Part shown: piece by piece, positions 23,733-35,864 of the stretch
Numbering within the stretch: position 1 is the stretch's first letter
How the letters are laid out: each line of letters starts with the position of its first letter
Origin: the human T2T-CHM13v2.0 reference genome, Homo sapiens
Strand: one strand, 5' to 3'
Assembly (NCBI RefSeq): GCF_009914755.1
Contig: NC_060926.1
Length of the DNA stretch: 64,000 nucleotides
Made by a program: the position numbers and the translations under genes
Notes under the pieces: generated by a model
What the model was told of the DNA's origin: nothing
What the model saw: the letters and a program-made list of their open reading frames with translations, nothing else
The model's database searches: none

Positions 23733-25987
23733 GAGGGAGTACTTCTAATTTTATAGAAGAGGAGACATTTGGGCTGAGCCTTTAAGAACAAGCAAGAACT
23801 TGATCATAGATCCCTAGAGGCCATGGGAAGTGTGGGAGCAGAGGCTTTTGGATGGAACGTGTTGTCCACCCACATCTCTTGGGAAGGGAATGGTAGTGTA
23901 TCTGGCTTGGACAAGCAGGAGAAGGTTGGGAGAGTAAAGGAGATCGGCAGCCTTAGAGCAAAGGTACTCACTATGCCAGGGCTTTATGCTCGGCTAGAGA
24001 AACTCCTCAGCAAAAATCAGATAAAGTGTTTTCGTTTTGTTTGTTGAGAACTTTTGCAGCCACATTGCCTGTCAGTAGAAAACCCCCTAAGTCCCTAGGT
24101 CCCTTCCATTCTGTTCTCTGTAGCACATCCAGCAGGCTTCCTAAAAACATTCCGTCATGTAGGAGGTGTTTAGGTTCTTCCTTCATCCTGCACCATTCTC
24201 CAAACAAACACTGCTGTTCATTTTATATCCTCATGGCAAACTTTCGCTCTTCCCCTTGAACTACTCCAATAGCTTCCCATCTCTTCTCCCTGCCCTGGGT
24301 CTTCACCCTAGCAGCAATACTTCCTGCAAAAGCCAGCAGAATGACCTTTCTGAAAAATCAACTTTGTTCACATCATTCCCCAGCTCTTTCAGAACTCACT
24401 ATGGGAAACAAATAGCCAATTAATAAATTTAATGTGTTCTGATAGACAGAGGTGCAAAGATGGAACACCCTGACAGGCTGGAAGTCCAAGAGAATTTCCA
24501 GTCAGGCTGATATCTTATCTAAATAATAAAGAATTTCTAAGAGCTCTCCAGGCAAAGGACCACCAGAAAGGGTGTTCAAACCAGGCTGTAGCAGGAGGAA
24601 AGGACTCATGACAGGAGCACCCAGACTCAGGGAGTTCTGTGCACTTAGAAACACTGGAACAGGGGCTCATAGATAGGGGGAATGGTGAGGAATGGGATTG
24701 GCAGAGAAGAAAGGGACCCCTACAATCCCATGATTCTAGGACTGCAGTGGGTGCATCTCAGGCACTGGCTAAAACCTGCTGCTGCATGGCTGTGCTTTCC
24801 AGCTACTCAAGTCCTGTCCACAGTTGCCTCCTGATCTCGCATGCCTTGAATCTGTGATTCATAGAATCAGATTCTTGCACTACTACAATTACATCAGTCC
24901 CCACAGTGTCTCTAACTCAGGTCTATGGCCTTTTCTGTATTTGATTAAAAACTCCTCCTCTAAGAAGGAGGCTTTTGAGGAAAGCCCCTTTCTTGAAGAT
25001 GAGGGCATTCAGAGTGCACAAAGGGGAATAAAGTTCTATTGCTTGGTGGAGCCAGGCAGGTGAAAAACATTTCTTAGAGCCTCAAGCAGGAGTGTCTATG
25101 ATTCATGGAGTAATGTTGGCACCCATCATATGAGCCTCCCATGAAAAGAATTGTAAGGGAACTTGAGCTCCAAGGACAATTGCTCTGTAATGGGTTTCAG
25201 CACTCAATGCCATGGGCTTGCAAGATTCAAAAGAAAAGATTAAACCCCAAGGGTATAGGAAAACAGTCTCCATCTATTTGTCAGAGAGAATAAGCCTCCC
25301 TCCACTTCCCACCCCCCACATGCACCAGCTTTCAAGAATGCCCTCCACCCAGGCTTGGCAGGGCTTTTTTTTACTGCCTGGTCCAGCAGCTGTCTTGGTG
25401 TTTCAGTGATTTCATTCAACTTAATTCCTTTCCGTGCATTTTCATAAAGTGCTTACTCTGTGCAGGGTCCTACGCTAGGTGCCGAGGATACAGGAATGGA
25501 TGACATGTCATCTCTGCCTCCAGGAATTCACATCCTAATTGAAAGAGACAGACATATTGCTGTGGTCGTGGATGGATGGCTTTTTAAGAATTTTCAGCTT
25601 CGGTGTGTGGGAAACAGCATTCTCCTCTGCTCCAGGCCACTACCAGCTGCCTTGGAATCCCAGTTCAAGAATCATCTCCTCCAGGGATCCCAACTCCCAC
25701 CTCTAGCACGAGGGAGGTGAGATCGGCACTTAAAGCGTGATTTCTCCCCGGAGAGGAAAGAAAAGGATGAGGGCCTCTGGAAAGGAGACTTCAGACTATA
25801 ACGAGCAAAGGGTGCATTTTAAGGAACAAAGACCCTTTCTCCAGGCCACCAAAGTCTGCTCATGTCACAAGAATTATTTTAAAACCTCAAGACCTTTCAG
25901 AAGCACTGTCTCAGTTTTGCTAACCTGGAAGTCTTAAAAACTAAGCAAAGATTATCATCACCACTTTATAAATGGGAAAACTGGGGC

Positions 25988-25990
<3 letters not shown>

Positions 25991-26018
<28 letters not shown>
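25991..26018 (+). repeat. (GA)14 microsatellite within a minus-strand MIR (~25950-26090)
   Basis: gggaaaactggggccca(ga)14ttcacccagggtcaca. Confidence 0.9.
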
Positions 26019-26020
<2 letters not shown>

Positions 26021-27824
26021 CACCCAGGGTCACATAGAAGATGGAACACAGAGCCAGGGGCTGGCCAGGGCCTCATCCCAGCCCCCCACAGTGGCTTCTT
26101 CAGCTGATCCCCGGGGATGTCCTGAATGACAAGTTTTATGAAAGTTTGCTTTTCTTCTGATGCACAAAATGGATATATCTTGTCATTAATAAATAGCTGA
26201 GTATGTGAATCAGAGAGAAGGAACAGGTCATTGTGTAGGAAGCACCCCCTCGTAGTCAGAAGAGCCGTCATCTCAGAAGGCCACTGCAGGTGTGGGAAGC
26301 TGAGCAGGGAAGTAGGAGGCAGGTTCTCCTCCAAGAGCTCTGTCCTGAGTCCAGAGGCCTCACCTTCTACATGGGGGCCCCAACTTTGTGAGGTGGGTCT
26401 AAGAATAACTTAGACATAACACAGGCAAATCCCCTAGGACAGGGCCGGGGACATAGCAGGCCCACAATATGTGGTAGCTGGTCATAGCACCGGAAGATCA
26501 GGATTTATGAGGTGAGGCATTTGAAGTCCTGCAAAGTGTGTCTTGCCTCAGGTCACAGAGCTAGGTGATGACGTGCAGGTTTTCTGAATGTGTGTTGGCG
26601 TTCTGCCCACTGGCCTTTCCAAGCACCACAGGTGCAGCCTGGAAGGCTTTCATGAAATCAGATGTCACCAGCCTGGGTGGGTTTTCTCTGTTCACTGACA
26701 GGGATTCTTCCAGCACGCAAAGGAAACTTCCTCTCCATTGTTCCTGAAGCATCTGCTAGAGGAAATTGCCAACACCCAGTGCAGTAAGTAGCACCTCAGA
26801 GCAGCCGGCAAGGAGAGAGGAGACTTGGTTGTTCCCATAAAGAGAAGTCCCAAAGCCCAGAAACCCAAACGCTTAGTCATTTAGCCCACTTTCCATCTTG
26901 CATCTCCAGTTTGCAGCCCTCTTGAGCACCTGACACCCTATCTTGCAGGACTCTATCTGTTCAACACTTATGAAGCATCCGCTATATACTGGGCACTTGA
27001 CCAGGTGCTGGAGATACAAGGATGAACAACTACTGGTCCTGCCTAACCATCCTCAAATGCAGTCTGAGCCTTGCCACCCACAGCTGGTTGACAAGTTCCT
27101 TGAGAACAGGGATCATGCCTCCTCCTTCCCTGGCATATCCTCAATGCAAGGCATCATCCTGGGCACAGAGCCAGGGGACTCAGAGCCTCAGTGACCAAAT
27201 GCAAGGCCACTCTGTTTGCAAGCCCAGCGTTCTCACTTTAGAAGTGAGTGCTATCCTCCTCCCTTCCTCTGGAGGACAGAAAGCAGAACAGGGATGAGAG
27301 CTATGACTGTGAAGCATCAGCAATCAAATAGAAACTGCGAGACCACGCCTGAAATATGATCTCTCTTCATCTTGCTAGGCTGCAAGCTTCTCTTGAGAGT
27401 TTCTTCAAGTTTTAATCTTAAAAATATATATTTGCCAATCTCCTATGTATATTAGACAATCTGCTAGGTACATTTGCATACATTATTTTATTTAACTCTC
27501 ACAACCCTCTGGAGAGATAGGTAGAAATATTCCTGTCTCGTAGACATGAAATAAAGGCTCAAAGAGATCAAGTGACCTGCCTAATGTCACACCTTGGGAA
27601 GGGCTGATGGGGATTCAAGCTAGGTTTTTATGCCTTGCTGTGACATTCAATGCATTTCATTTGTGAAAATTTCCTGCCTGCACTTAATACATACGCATGC
27701 ATGTACACAGATTAGCATGGTATCTAGCAAATCTTGATGCATCAGTCCTACTCAAGGATAGATTAATGATACTGAGCTTCCTGCATATTCCCACCATTTA
27801 TTGCAAACGTACAACATGCACCAG

Positions 27825-28060
27825 GAGGGTAGAGTTGAGTGGTTAAGAGCACAGGATGTGGAGCTATGCTGTTTCCATCCACCCTTGGCCAAATTACCAA
27901 CCTCCCTATGCATCAGTTTCCTTATTAATAAAATGGGACAATAACAATGATACATACCTCATAAGGTTGTGGTAAAAAAAATAAATTAATAATTCAGGTA
28001 AACCAAGAGAAACAGTGCCTGGGACATGGTTTGACTCATTAAATATAAAATGTTGTTATC
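27825..28060 (+). mobile_element. MIR
   Basis: gtggttaagagcacag...catcagtttccttattaataaaatgggacaataac...tacctcataaggttgtgg...aacagtgcctgggacat. Confidence 0.8.
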
Positions 28061-28200
28061 ATGTGCCAGGCACAGTGCCAAGCACTTTGTACTTCATTAG
28101 CTCTACTTCTTCCAATAAACCTGCAGAGCAAGTAACATCCTCCTCATTTTTAGATGAGGAAGTTAACACTCTGAAAGTTTAAATCACTTGTCAAAGGCTA
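28058..28200 (-). mobile_element. MIR
   Basis: atgtgccaggcacagtgccaagcactttg...cctcatttttagatgaggaag...cacttgtcaaagg. Confidence 0.7.
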
Positions 28201-28919
28201 CGACTGGAAAAAAAGAGGTGAGAACCACTTTGGCCTGTTTTGTGCTAGAGAACCACAATTCCAAAGAAGCAAGCCAATATGCAACACAAGTTTTAGTCAC
28301 CAGCAGAACAGGACCCTGTGTTTGGATGACAGCACTTGAGCAAAAGCTCTGACACATCTCCGCCTGAAACCTCCACCAGGGGCCTTTGCTGATCTCCACT
28401 TCCTACGTTTCTGCACTTCAGACATGTCACATTCTCAAGACTTTTTTTTTTCAAATCTGAGTTTTTAAAAGCTCCATTCTTCTGGTCCCAGCAGAAAAGG
28501 GACCTAGGAAACATTGCCCAAGAGTCTCTACCTCTCTGTGATTGTTTTCTTGGAAGCCTCAGGGAGTTCAGATAACTCGGCTCAAATACATCCCCAGTGT
28601 TCATCTTCAAGTTAACACTCCTTCCAGTCATCTGATATTTATTCTTCATTAGCAGTGAAAGAGTCAGCAAGCCCCATTTGACATGCTTACCTGAACATCT
28701 GGAACTAAAAGCATGTCAAATAGCATTCATTTTAATGTGCACATTTCAAATTATGGATTTATAGCTATCTATCTTGTAATGCCTCAGGAGTTTCAACCTG
28801 GTCCTCATCAAAATTACCACCTTTGGAAATTGTTTTCAAACACCTGCTACCTTCTTCCTGCTACATCATCATCATCGTTATCAAAACAATGGCTACGGAG
28901 AACCTATCCTACTAGCTCA

Positions 28920-29205
28920 TTTTTTAATTGAGACACAATTTGCATACAATAAAATTTACCTTTTTGAGATATATAGGTAAATGAGTATTAACAAATCAAT
29001 TTATAAACATTTTTACCCCAAAACATTTCCCCATGTATATTTACATTAATCTCTTTCCCCAACTCTGGCCCCAACAACCACTGATGTGATTTCTGTCACT
29101 AGTTTTTCATTTCTAGAATATTACATGTATGGAATCATACTGAATGTGGTCTTTTTTATATGGCTTCTCTTGTTTAGCATAACGCTTCTGAAGTTCATCT
29201 TTATT
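28920..29205 (-). mobile_element. Old L1M (L1MB/MC-type) 3' end
   Basis: tttttaattgagacacaatttgcatacaataaaatttacc...ggccccaacaaccactgat...ttctagaatattacatgtatggaatcatac. Confidence 0.75.
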
Positions 29206-29338
29206 ACACCCACTAGTCCTTAACCTTCACAGAGCTTGAGTCTCGGGGCATTTAAAAATTATTCAGATGTGTAGCCTCACTACCCAGAAAATGAAATTCA
29301 TCTTGTCTAGGGCAGTTTTGTTTTAAAAGCTCCCCTAG

Positions 29339-30609
29339 TGAGATAACCTAACAGAAAATCTAGGTGACCTTGGGTATGGTGATGACTTTTTAGATACAAC
29401 ACCAAAGGCCTGATCCATGAGAGAAAGAAATGATAAGCTAAACTTTATTAAAATTAAACATTTCAGTTTCACAAAAGACACTGTCAAAAGAATGAAAAGA
29501 CAAGCCACAGACTGAGAGAAAATATTTGCAAGACATATCTGATAAAAGACTGTTGACCAAAAATACAAAGAAATTTTAAAACTTAACAATAAGAAAACAA
29601 CCAACCAAGACCTTAACAGACACTTCACCAGAGAAGACAGACAGATGGCAAATAAGCATGTGAAAAGATGCTCCACATCATATGTCATCGGGGAAATGCA
29701 AATTAAAACAACAGCGACATACCATTACATGCCTATTAGAATGACCAGAATCCAGAGCATAACACCAAATGCTAGTGAGGATACAGAACAACAGGAATTC
29801 AGGTTCATTGCAGGTGGGAATGCAAAATGGTACAGTCACTTTGGAAGACACTTTGGTAGTTTCTCACAAAACTAAGCATACTCTTACCATATAATCCAGC
29901 ATTAATGCTCCTTAGTATTTACCCAAAGGAACTGAAAGTTTATATCCACACAAAAACCTGCATGTGGATATATATATCAGTGTTATGAATAATGGCCAAA
30001 CTTCAAAAGCAACCAAGATGTCCTACAGTAGGTGAATGGATAAATAAGCTATGGTATATCAAGACAATGGAATGTTAGTCAGGGCTACAAAGAAATGAAT
30101 TTTCCAGCCATGAGAAGACATGGAGGAAACAAAAATACACGTTACTAAGTGAAAGAAGTCAATCTGAAAAGGCTGCGTACTATATAATTCCAACTGCAAC
30201 ATTCTGGAAGAGGCAAAACTATGGAGACAGTAAAAAGATCAGTGGTTGCCAGATTTGTGGGGAGAGATAAACAGGTGAAGCATAGGAAATTTGTAGAGCA
30301 GTGAAAATACTCTGTATGATACTATACTGTAGATACATGTCATTATATGTTTGTCTAAACCCACAGAACATTAACATTAACATGAACCCTGATGTAAACT
30401 ATGAACTGTAGGTAATAATGGTGTGACAGTGTAGGTCCATCCATTGCAACAAAAGTGCACACTGGTGGGGGTTGTTGATAGCTGGGGAGGCTGTACATGT
30501 GTAGAGGCAGAGAGTGTGTGGGAAATCTCTGCACCTTCCACCTAATTTTGCTGTGAGCCTAAAACTGCTCTGAAAAATAAAGTCCATTAAAACAAAAACA
30601 GAAACATAA
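29339..30609 (+). mobile_element. L1MC1-like 5'-truncated LINE nested in a MER5-type MITE
   Basis: Degenerate ORF2 C-terminus (KHVKRCSTS...EMQIKTT) and L1MC-type 3'UTR end gggaaatctctgcacc...ttttgctgtgagcctaaaactgctc, then an A-rich tail. Degenerate TSD aaaagctcccctag / aacagctctccag. Confidence 0.85.
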
Positions 30610-30689
30610 AACAGCTCTCCAGGCATACAGGTTTGAGAACCACATCCTGAGTCGTTTTACATATATAAACTCGAATACTCAAGATCAGT

Positions 30690-30830
30690 CTGAAAAGTGT
30701 TTATTATTCAATTTTATAAGTAAGGAAAGCCAAGCTTTAAAAGGTTAAATAACTTGCCCAAGATCACACAACTAGTGATTGGAAAAGTGAGACTCAAACT
30801 CAAGCCTACCTTTTACCAAGCCCATGCGCC
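30690..30830 (-). mobile_element. MIR fragment
   Basis: aggttaaataacttgcccaagatcacacaactagtg...gactcaaactcaag. Confidence 0.75.
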
Positions 30831-31435
30831 TTCTCCTGGGCTGCTTCAGGCAAGGGAAAAAAATCTCCCAGTGTCACAGTGAGGCAGTTCTTGTACTCAG
30901 AAGAGGCCATGGAAAATTTTTGCTTAAGAAAAGGGAAAACAGCTCCTGTTATGTGGCTGGAGGTGGGTGGAAAGCATCTAAACAATTTTCAGAACATGAT
31001 AACTCTGTTTCATGCTTCAGCAGGATAAAAATGGCTGGGCAGAAATTTACCAAACTTTTAGCAGAAAAAAAAAAATCACCTTTGGGCTCAGAACTAGTCT
31101 GATAAATTCCAGCCTAAAGGGTGAGTCAAAGAATGCTGAAATGTGCTGAGACAGACTTACGAAAAAAGACTCTGCAATGATAACTATGGCAAAGCCAGTG
31201 CTGTCGGACAAGTAGCCTGGTCTCAGAGGTCAGATTGGCCAGAAGAAAAATTAAAAGCTCCCTCCAGCTTTCGGTTTCTATGTATACACTGTTAACTGGC
31301 CTTGTCTGGGAAGAAGTTTGTCTCCTTTGCTTACTGAGTCCTACAGGAAACAAAAGTGGGCCTGGTGGGACTTGTTTGTCAGAAAGAATACTAAATGCCT
31401 TAGTAGACATTTTAAAATGAAGAGCAGTTTCTTTT

Positions 31436-31655
31436 TGCCTTTGTGTCCTCATAGCTGAGCTCCCACATATCAGTAAGAACACACAATGTTTGGTTTTCCA
31501 TTCCTGAGTTACCTCACTTAGAATAATAGTCTCCAATCTCATCTAGGTCATTGCAAATTCTGTTAATCTATTCCTTTTTATGGCTGAGTGGTATTCCATC
31601 ATATATACATACCACAGTTTCTTTATCCACTCAGTCATTGATTGATGGGCATTTG
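31436..31655 (-). mobile_element. L1PB-like internal fragment (ORF2 end / 3'UTR start)
   Basis: The minus-strand ORF begins MRLETIILSEVTQEWKTKHCVFLLICGS, matching the L1 ORF2 C-terminus. Confidence 0.8.
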
Positions 31656-32122
31656 TTGTTAACTAGCAACCCAGGAAGCCATAAGTTTTCAAAGTACATT
31701 CAAATTCTTTGAAATTAGAAATACTACTGTCTTTACCAAACTTTGGAAACTGGGTGCTGAGAACAAAGTGGTACGTTTGCTTTTTCGTACATGACATTAT
31801 GTAGTAGGATGGTACACAAGCATTTTTTTTTTCTTGGTAACCAGAGGAATGTCAACGAAGTCTATTTTAATGAGTGAACAATCTCATCTTGACTGACTGA
31901 CTCATCTGCTGGTTGCAACATGTCCACACATCCCACAAGACCTCTGAAAACACTGAGTGAGTCAGGGAGGATGCAGAAGCTCCAATGTGAGGGTGTCTGC
32001 AGCTGCCTGGGAACAGCAGCCAGGGCAGAAGGAATGGACACCACCCCCGACCCCATCCTCATATGCCACTGAAGGGCTCCTGAAGAGTTCAGATGGTTGG
32101 CCTCAGAGATTGTGCTCAGGGT

Positions 32123-32590
32123 GTATGGATTTGCTGGGGCTGCTGAAACAAAGCACCATACCCTGGGAGGCTTTCAAAGCAGAAACCTGTCTCGCAGTTC
32201 TGGAGGCGGGAAGCCTGAGATCAAGATGTCTGCAGCTCATTTCCTCCTGAGGCTGTGAGAAAGCCTCTGCCACAGGCCTCTCCCCTCATCCCGCAGGCCT
32301 CTCCCCTCACCGTGGTCACGGCGGTCTTTGGCATCACTGGCTTCTGCTCTAACACCATGATGACTGCCTTGGTCTTTACAAAGCATTGTCCCTGAGTGCA
32401 TGCCTGTCTCCAAATTTCCTATTTCTGGGGACACCAGTCATGCTGAGTTAAATCTAGTGTGACCGTAAACTAACTTTCCTAATTATATCTGCAAAGACCC
32501 TATTTCCAAACAAGGTCACATCTGACGTTCTGGGGGTTAGAAGAACTTCAACATAAGAATTTGGAGGGTACACAATTCAATCCCATAACC
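32123..32590 (-). mobile_element. MaLR solo LTR (MLT1C-like)
   Basis: tgtatggatttgctggggctgctg...gcagttctggaggc...atctgcaaagaccctatttccaaacaaggtcacat...cacaattcaatcccataac. Confidence 0.85.
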
Positions 32591-33808
32591 AACTGGGACT
32601 GTCCTTTCAACCAATTCCCCAGGTGATCATGTCAACCTGGTTAGATAACCACTATCTTAGAGTAGAAGCCTCACCCTTTGGTAAACTCATCTCCATCACA
32701 GAAAGAAATTAAAACACATGCACACACAAAACATATGCCTTTTGTTCCCCTTACTCCTCTCTTACCACCCAAATAACTCAGTTTTGCTTTGCTCAACTTA
32801 CTTTCTTAGACCAAAAGAGAAAGAAAAGAAGATTGGGGGTTGAGGTGTTTACAGAAGGCGATTATGAAGGGGGAACATATTCAGGAGGGCATCCAAACCC
32901 ATCTCTGCTGGCTCCCCACTGTGGCTGCAGTAAGATCCAGAGATCACAGTCCCCAAGAGGGGATTTTATATTGGATAATGTTCAAGGTCTGTGAAAGTTT
33001 GTTCTTGTCCCTAAAGATGTTTGCTATTCCAAACATCAAATAAAATTGAACACCCATATATAACATGTTTTCCTCTGTGAGAAATCCAAAGAAATGGCAC
33101 CTGCTCCTACAGCCACTTGACGTACATTTAATTTTCTTGGGAAAGGGCACAGCCAAAACCAAAATACTTAACGTGTGCATGTAAAACAGCATGGAAGTGC
33201 TATGAACTTGATGACCAATGAGGAGGAAAAGGAGACAATTTACAACTCTTATTAAGAGCATCATAAATGTTTGCTCCAAACAAAAATCAGAACCTTTTTT
33301 ACAAGTTAAAGGTAAGTTTCTAGCCAAGAAAAAAAATACATGAATATCTACAAACTGAGGAGTTCTCTACACACTCTGTATGTTACAAACATTTGTGTTT
33401 TGTCTAAAAGAGGTAGTTACATATGTGGGGGGTGGATAGTGCTACGCAGAATTCTGGGTCGTGAACAATCCAGGCTACACATAAGCCAGAGTGATCTTTG
33501 AAAATGCAAATCAAATCATGTTGCCTTCCTGGTCAGCAACTGTGAAGTGTTTCAATTCCACTAGGAATGAAGTCCAAAGCCCTTGCCAAACCTGGACCTG
33601 ACTAATTGACTACCTTCCACCCCATGGGATTAGGATAAGGAGGGAAGCTGCAGAAGTACACCTATAAGAGAACAACAGCAGAGGCAAGGGGGCTCTTCTC
33701 AATTGATTATAAGAATCCTCACAATAGAAGAGTACACCATCATTGCAAAAGGAGTCCAGCAAATGCCTCTTCAAGGGAGACTGCCATGCTTTTCCCACTT
33801 CACTCACC

Positions 33809-33942
33809 AAAGCCAGGATTGGGGTAAGGCAAGAGAGATGCCTAGGGTGTAAAATTTAAGGAGATGCTCTCAGAGTCCTGCAAGTGCTTCTGTAGATTTC
33901 GCATGCTAGGTGCCTCTCTTGCCTTACCCTAGCCCCAGCCCG
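33809..33942. mobile_element. Palindromic hAT MITE (MER96-like)
   Basis: Inverted arms with a perfect 16-bp core: gggtaaggcaagagag (33822-33837) and ctctcttgccttaccc (33914-33929). Confidence 0.7.
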
Positions 33943-35287
33943 AACCCCATCAAGCATAATAGAGATGCTATAGTTAATTACATTTGATTTAGATCAGCTG
34001 CCCTACCACACACCCAGCTGGCTTCTGACGTAGCCTGAGCCAGCCTCTGTAAAGGGAACAGAGATGACTCAGGACCAGAGTTTGAACTGACAAGCTTATG
34101 ATCTGACAAGGGACGTAATGCAATTAGCTTGATACTCAGAAGGCCACGACAAGTTCCCTAACAGAGGGTCCTTGGTATGTGGGAATGACACAGGAAGGAA
34201 TTGCTCCATGGGGGTTAGCATGGCCTCCTCTAGGACATCACATTTGGGATGGACATTGAAGAATGAGCAAGATTTTGACAGGTGAAGCTGAAAGTGGAAA
34301 GATTCCCAGTAGAAAGGTGAATGTGAGCAAACATGATTTTTACAAAGGAATATAAGGTAAAATGATGCATGGAGTGTAAAGAAAAGGTTTCAAGGGCATT
34401 CTGTGCCTAGCCTGCAAATGCCTGGGCATCATCAAAGTCAACGCAGCTCTTCAAGCCTGATATTTTTTCTGTCATTTTCTTTCTAATTAGTACAGGAGTT
34501 AAGCTCTCAAGGCTTAATTTTACTCCTATGCCTGTGTTAATGGCAGGATTGGCTATTAGCTGATGTCAAACCTGATTCTCCTCCACGTAGAGCATTTAAA
34601 CTCTGCTCTCAGTTAATTCCTTCATCATATACTGAAGAAGAGTTTCCTCATCCAGACCTAATGACACTCTGAGAAGGAAGGTAACAGACTTCAACACACC
34701 AGCCAGGGGATTAAATGCACTAATTAAAATGCAATGCCCCCCAAGCCACCTGGTTTCCAAAGATCAGCAAAGCCAAGAAGTCAATGAGGCTAAAAGTTCA
34801 AATTGGCAAGTGGAGCAAGGATCATGGTCCCAGGAGGGAGGCCCCGGAACAGCTCCAAGCAGCCAGGCAGCTCCCACTTGGAGAGACGAAATGCTTTCCA
34901 ATGGCTGTGTGTAACTCATAATAACATAATTTTATTCTTAGAAGCAATTTCCATTACTGGCCCTGTTTATTATCACATTATTTTCTCAATAGCAGCAATA
35001 AACACACTAAACTCTCTCTGTTTGCCCACATTTTTATTACTGTTCACGGTAGTCAGGAAAGGGTAAGCGGTGAAGAATGCATTCATTACCGGGGATCCCG
35101 GGGCTGCTGGCCTCACTGCCAGTCTGACAGCCCCACTGCGGCCTCAGAGGTGGCCGGGAGCCTGAGGCGACCCCAGGGGCCAGAGAAAAGCAGGTGGAAC
35201 CAGACAGCAGTGCCCAAGCTGGTCAAGCTCATGGTTACCACCAACGAATTTGTTTTAGTCTCCACATTTGTGATTTCGACCTAGTAT

Positions 35288-35532
35288 TTTATATATATAT
35301 ATATAATATATATATACCAAAGTATATATATATATTATCTATATACCAAAGTATATATATATAAAATATATATACCAAATATATATATAATATATATATA
35401 CCAAATATATATAAAATATATATATACCAAATATATATATAAAATATATATACCAAAGTGTATATATATAATAAATATATATCAAAGTATTTTATATACC
35501 AGTATTTTATATATATACCAGATAGTATACCA
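35288..35532. repeat. AT-rich (TA)n-derived minisatellite with recurring tataccaaa
   Basis: About 6 copies of tatataccaaa(g)tatatata... with a period of ~24-30 bp, decaying to the right. Confidence 0.9.
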
Positions 35533-35547
35533 AAAATGAATATTTGA

Positions 35548-35718
35548 GCATTCTGAAGAGTGGTTGTCAAACTGCATTAGTTGTGGCCTTCAGTGGGTTA
35601 TGAAAATTTGTTTCAAATTTGAAAAAATTTAATGGGTCATAACCAGCATTTTGTAAATGAAAGGATTAGAACAGCATGGATGACAGTAGAGTCATCAGTT
35701 TGAAATGCTTTTGTTTTG

Positions 35719-35759
<41 letters not shown>

Positions 35760-35816
35760 ATTGAACCATGATAGTTTCTTACCATAGGTTGATGTCAAAA
35801 ATGTTTGAGAAACACA
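35548..35816. mobile_element. Non-autonomous hAT-Charlie-type element containing (TG)16
   Basis: TIR-like ends agtggttgtcaaact ... tgtttgagaaacac. Confidence 0.5.
35723..35754 (+). repeat. (TG)16 microsatellite
   Basis: Perfect run. Confidence 0.95.
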
Positions 35817-35864
35817 ATTTATGATTCTAGCCTTCAAAGAAAATGATAGAATCATGAAATAAAA

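Noticed and set aside
35090-35230. Short GC-rich patch as a CpG island or CTCF site
   Set aside because: It is too short for an island and the match to the CTCF consensus is poor.
35289-35570. 93-aa Ile/Tyr-rich ORF
   Set aside because: This is a translation of the TA-rich repeat.
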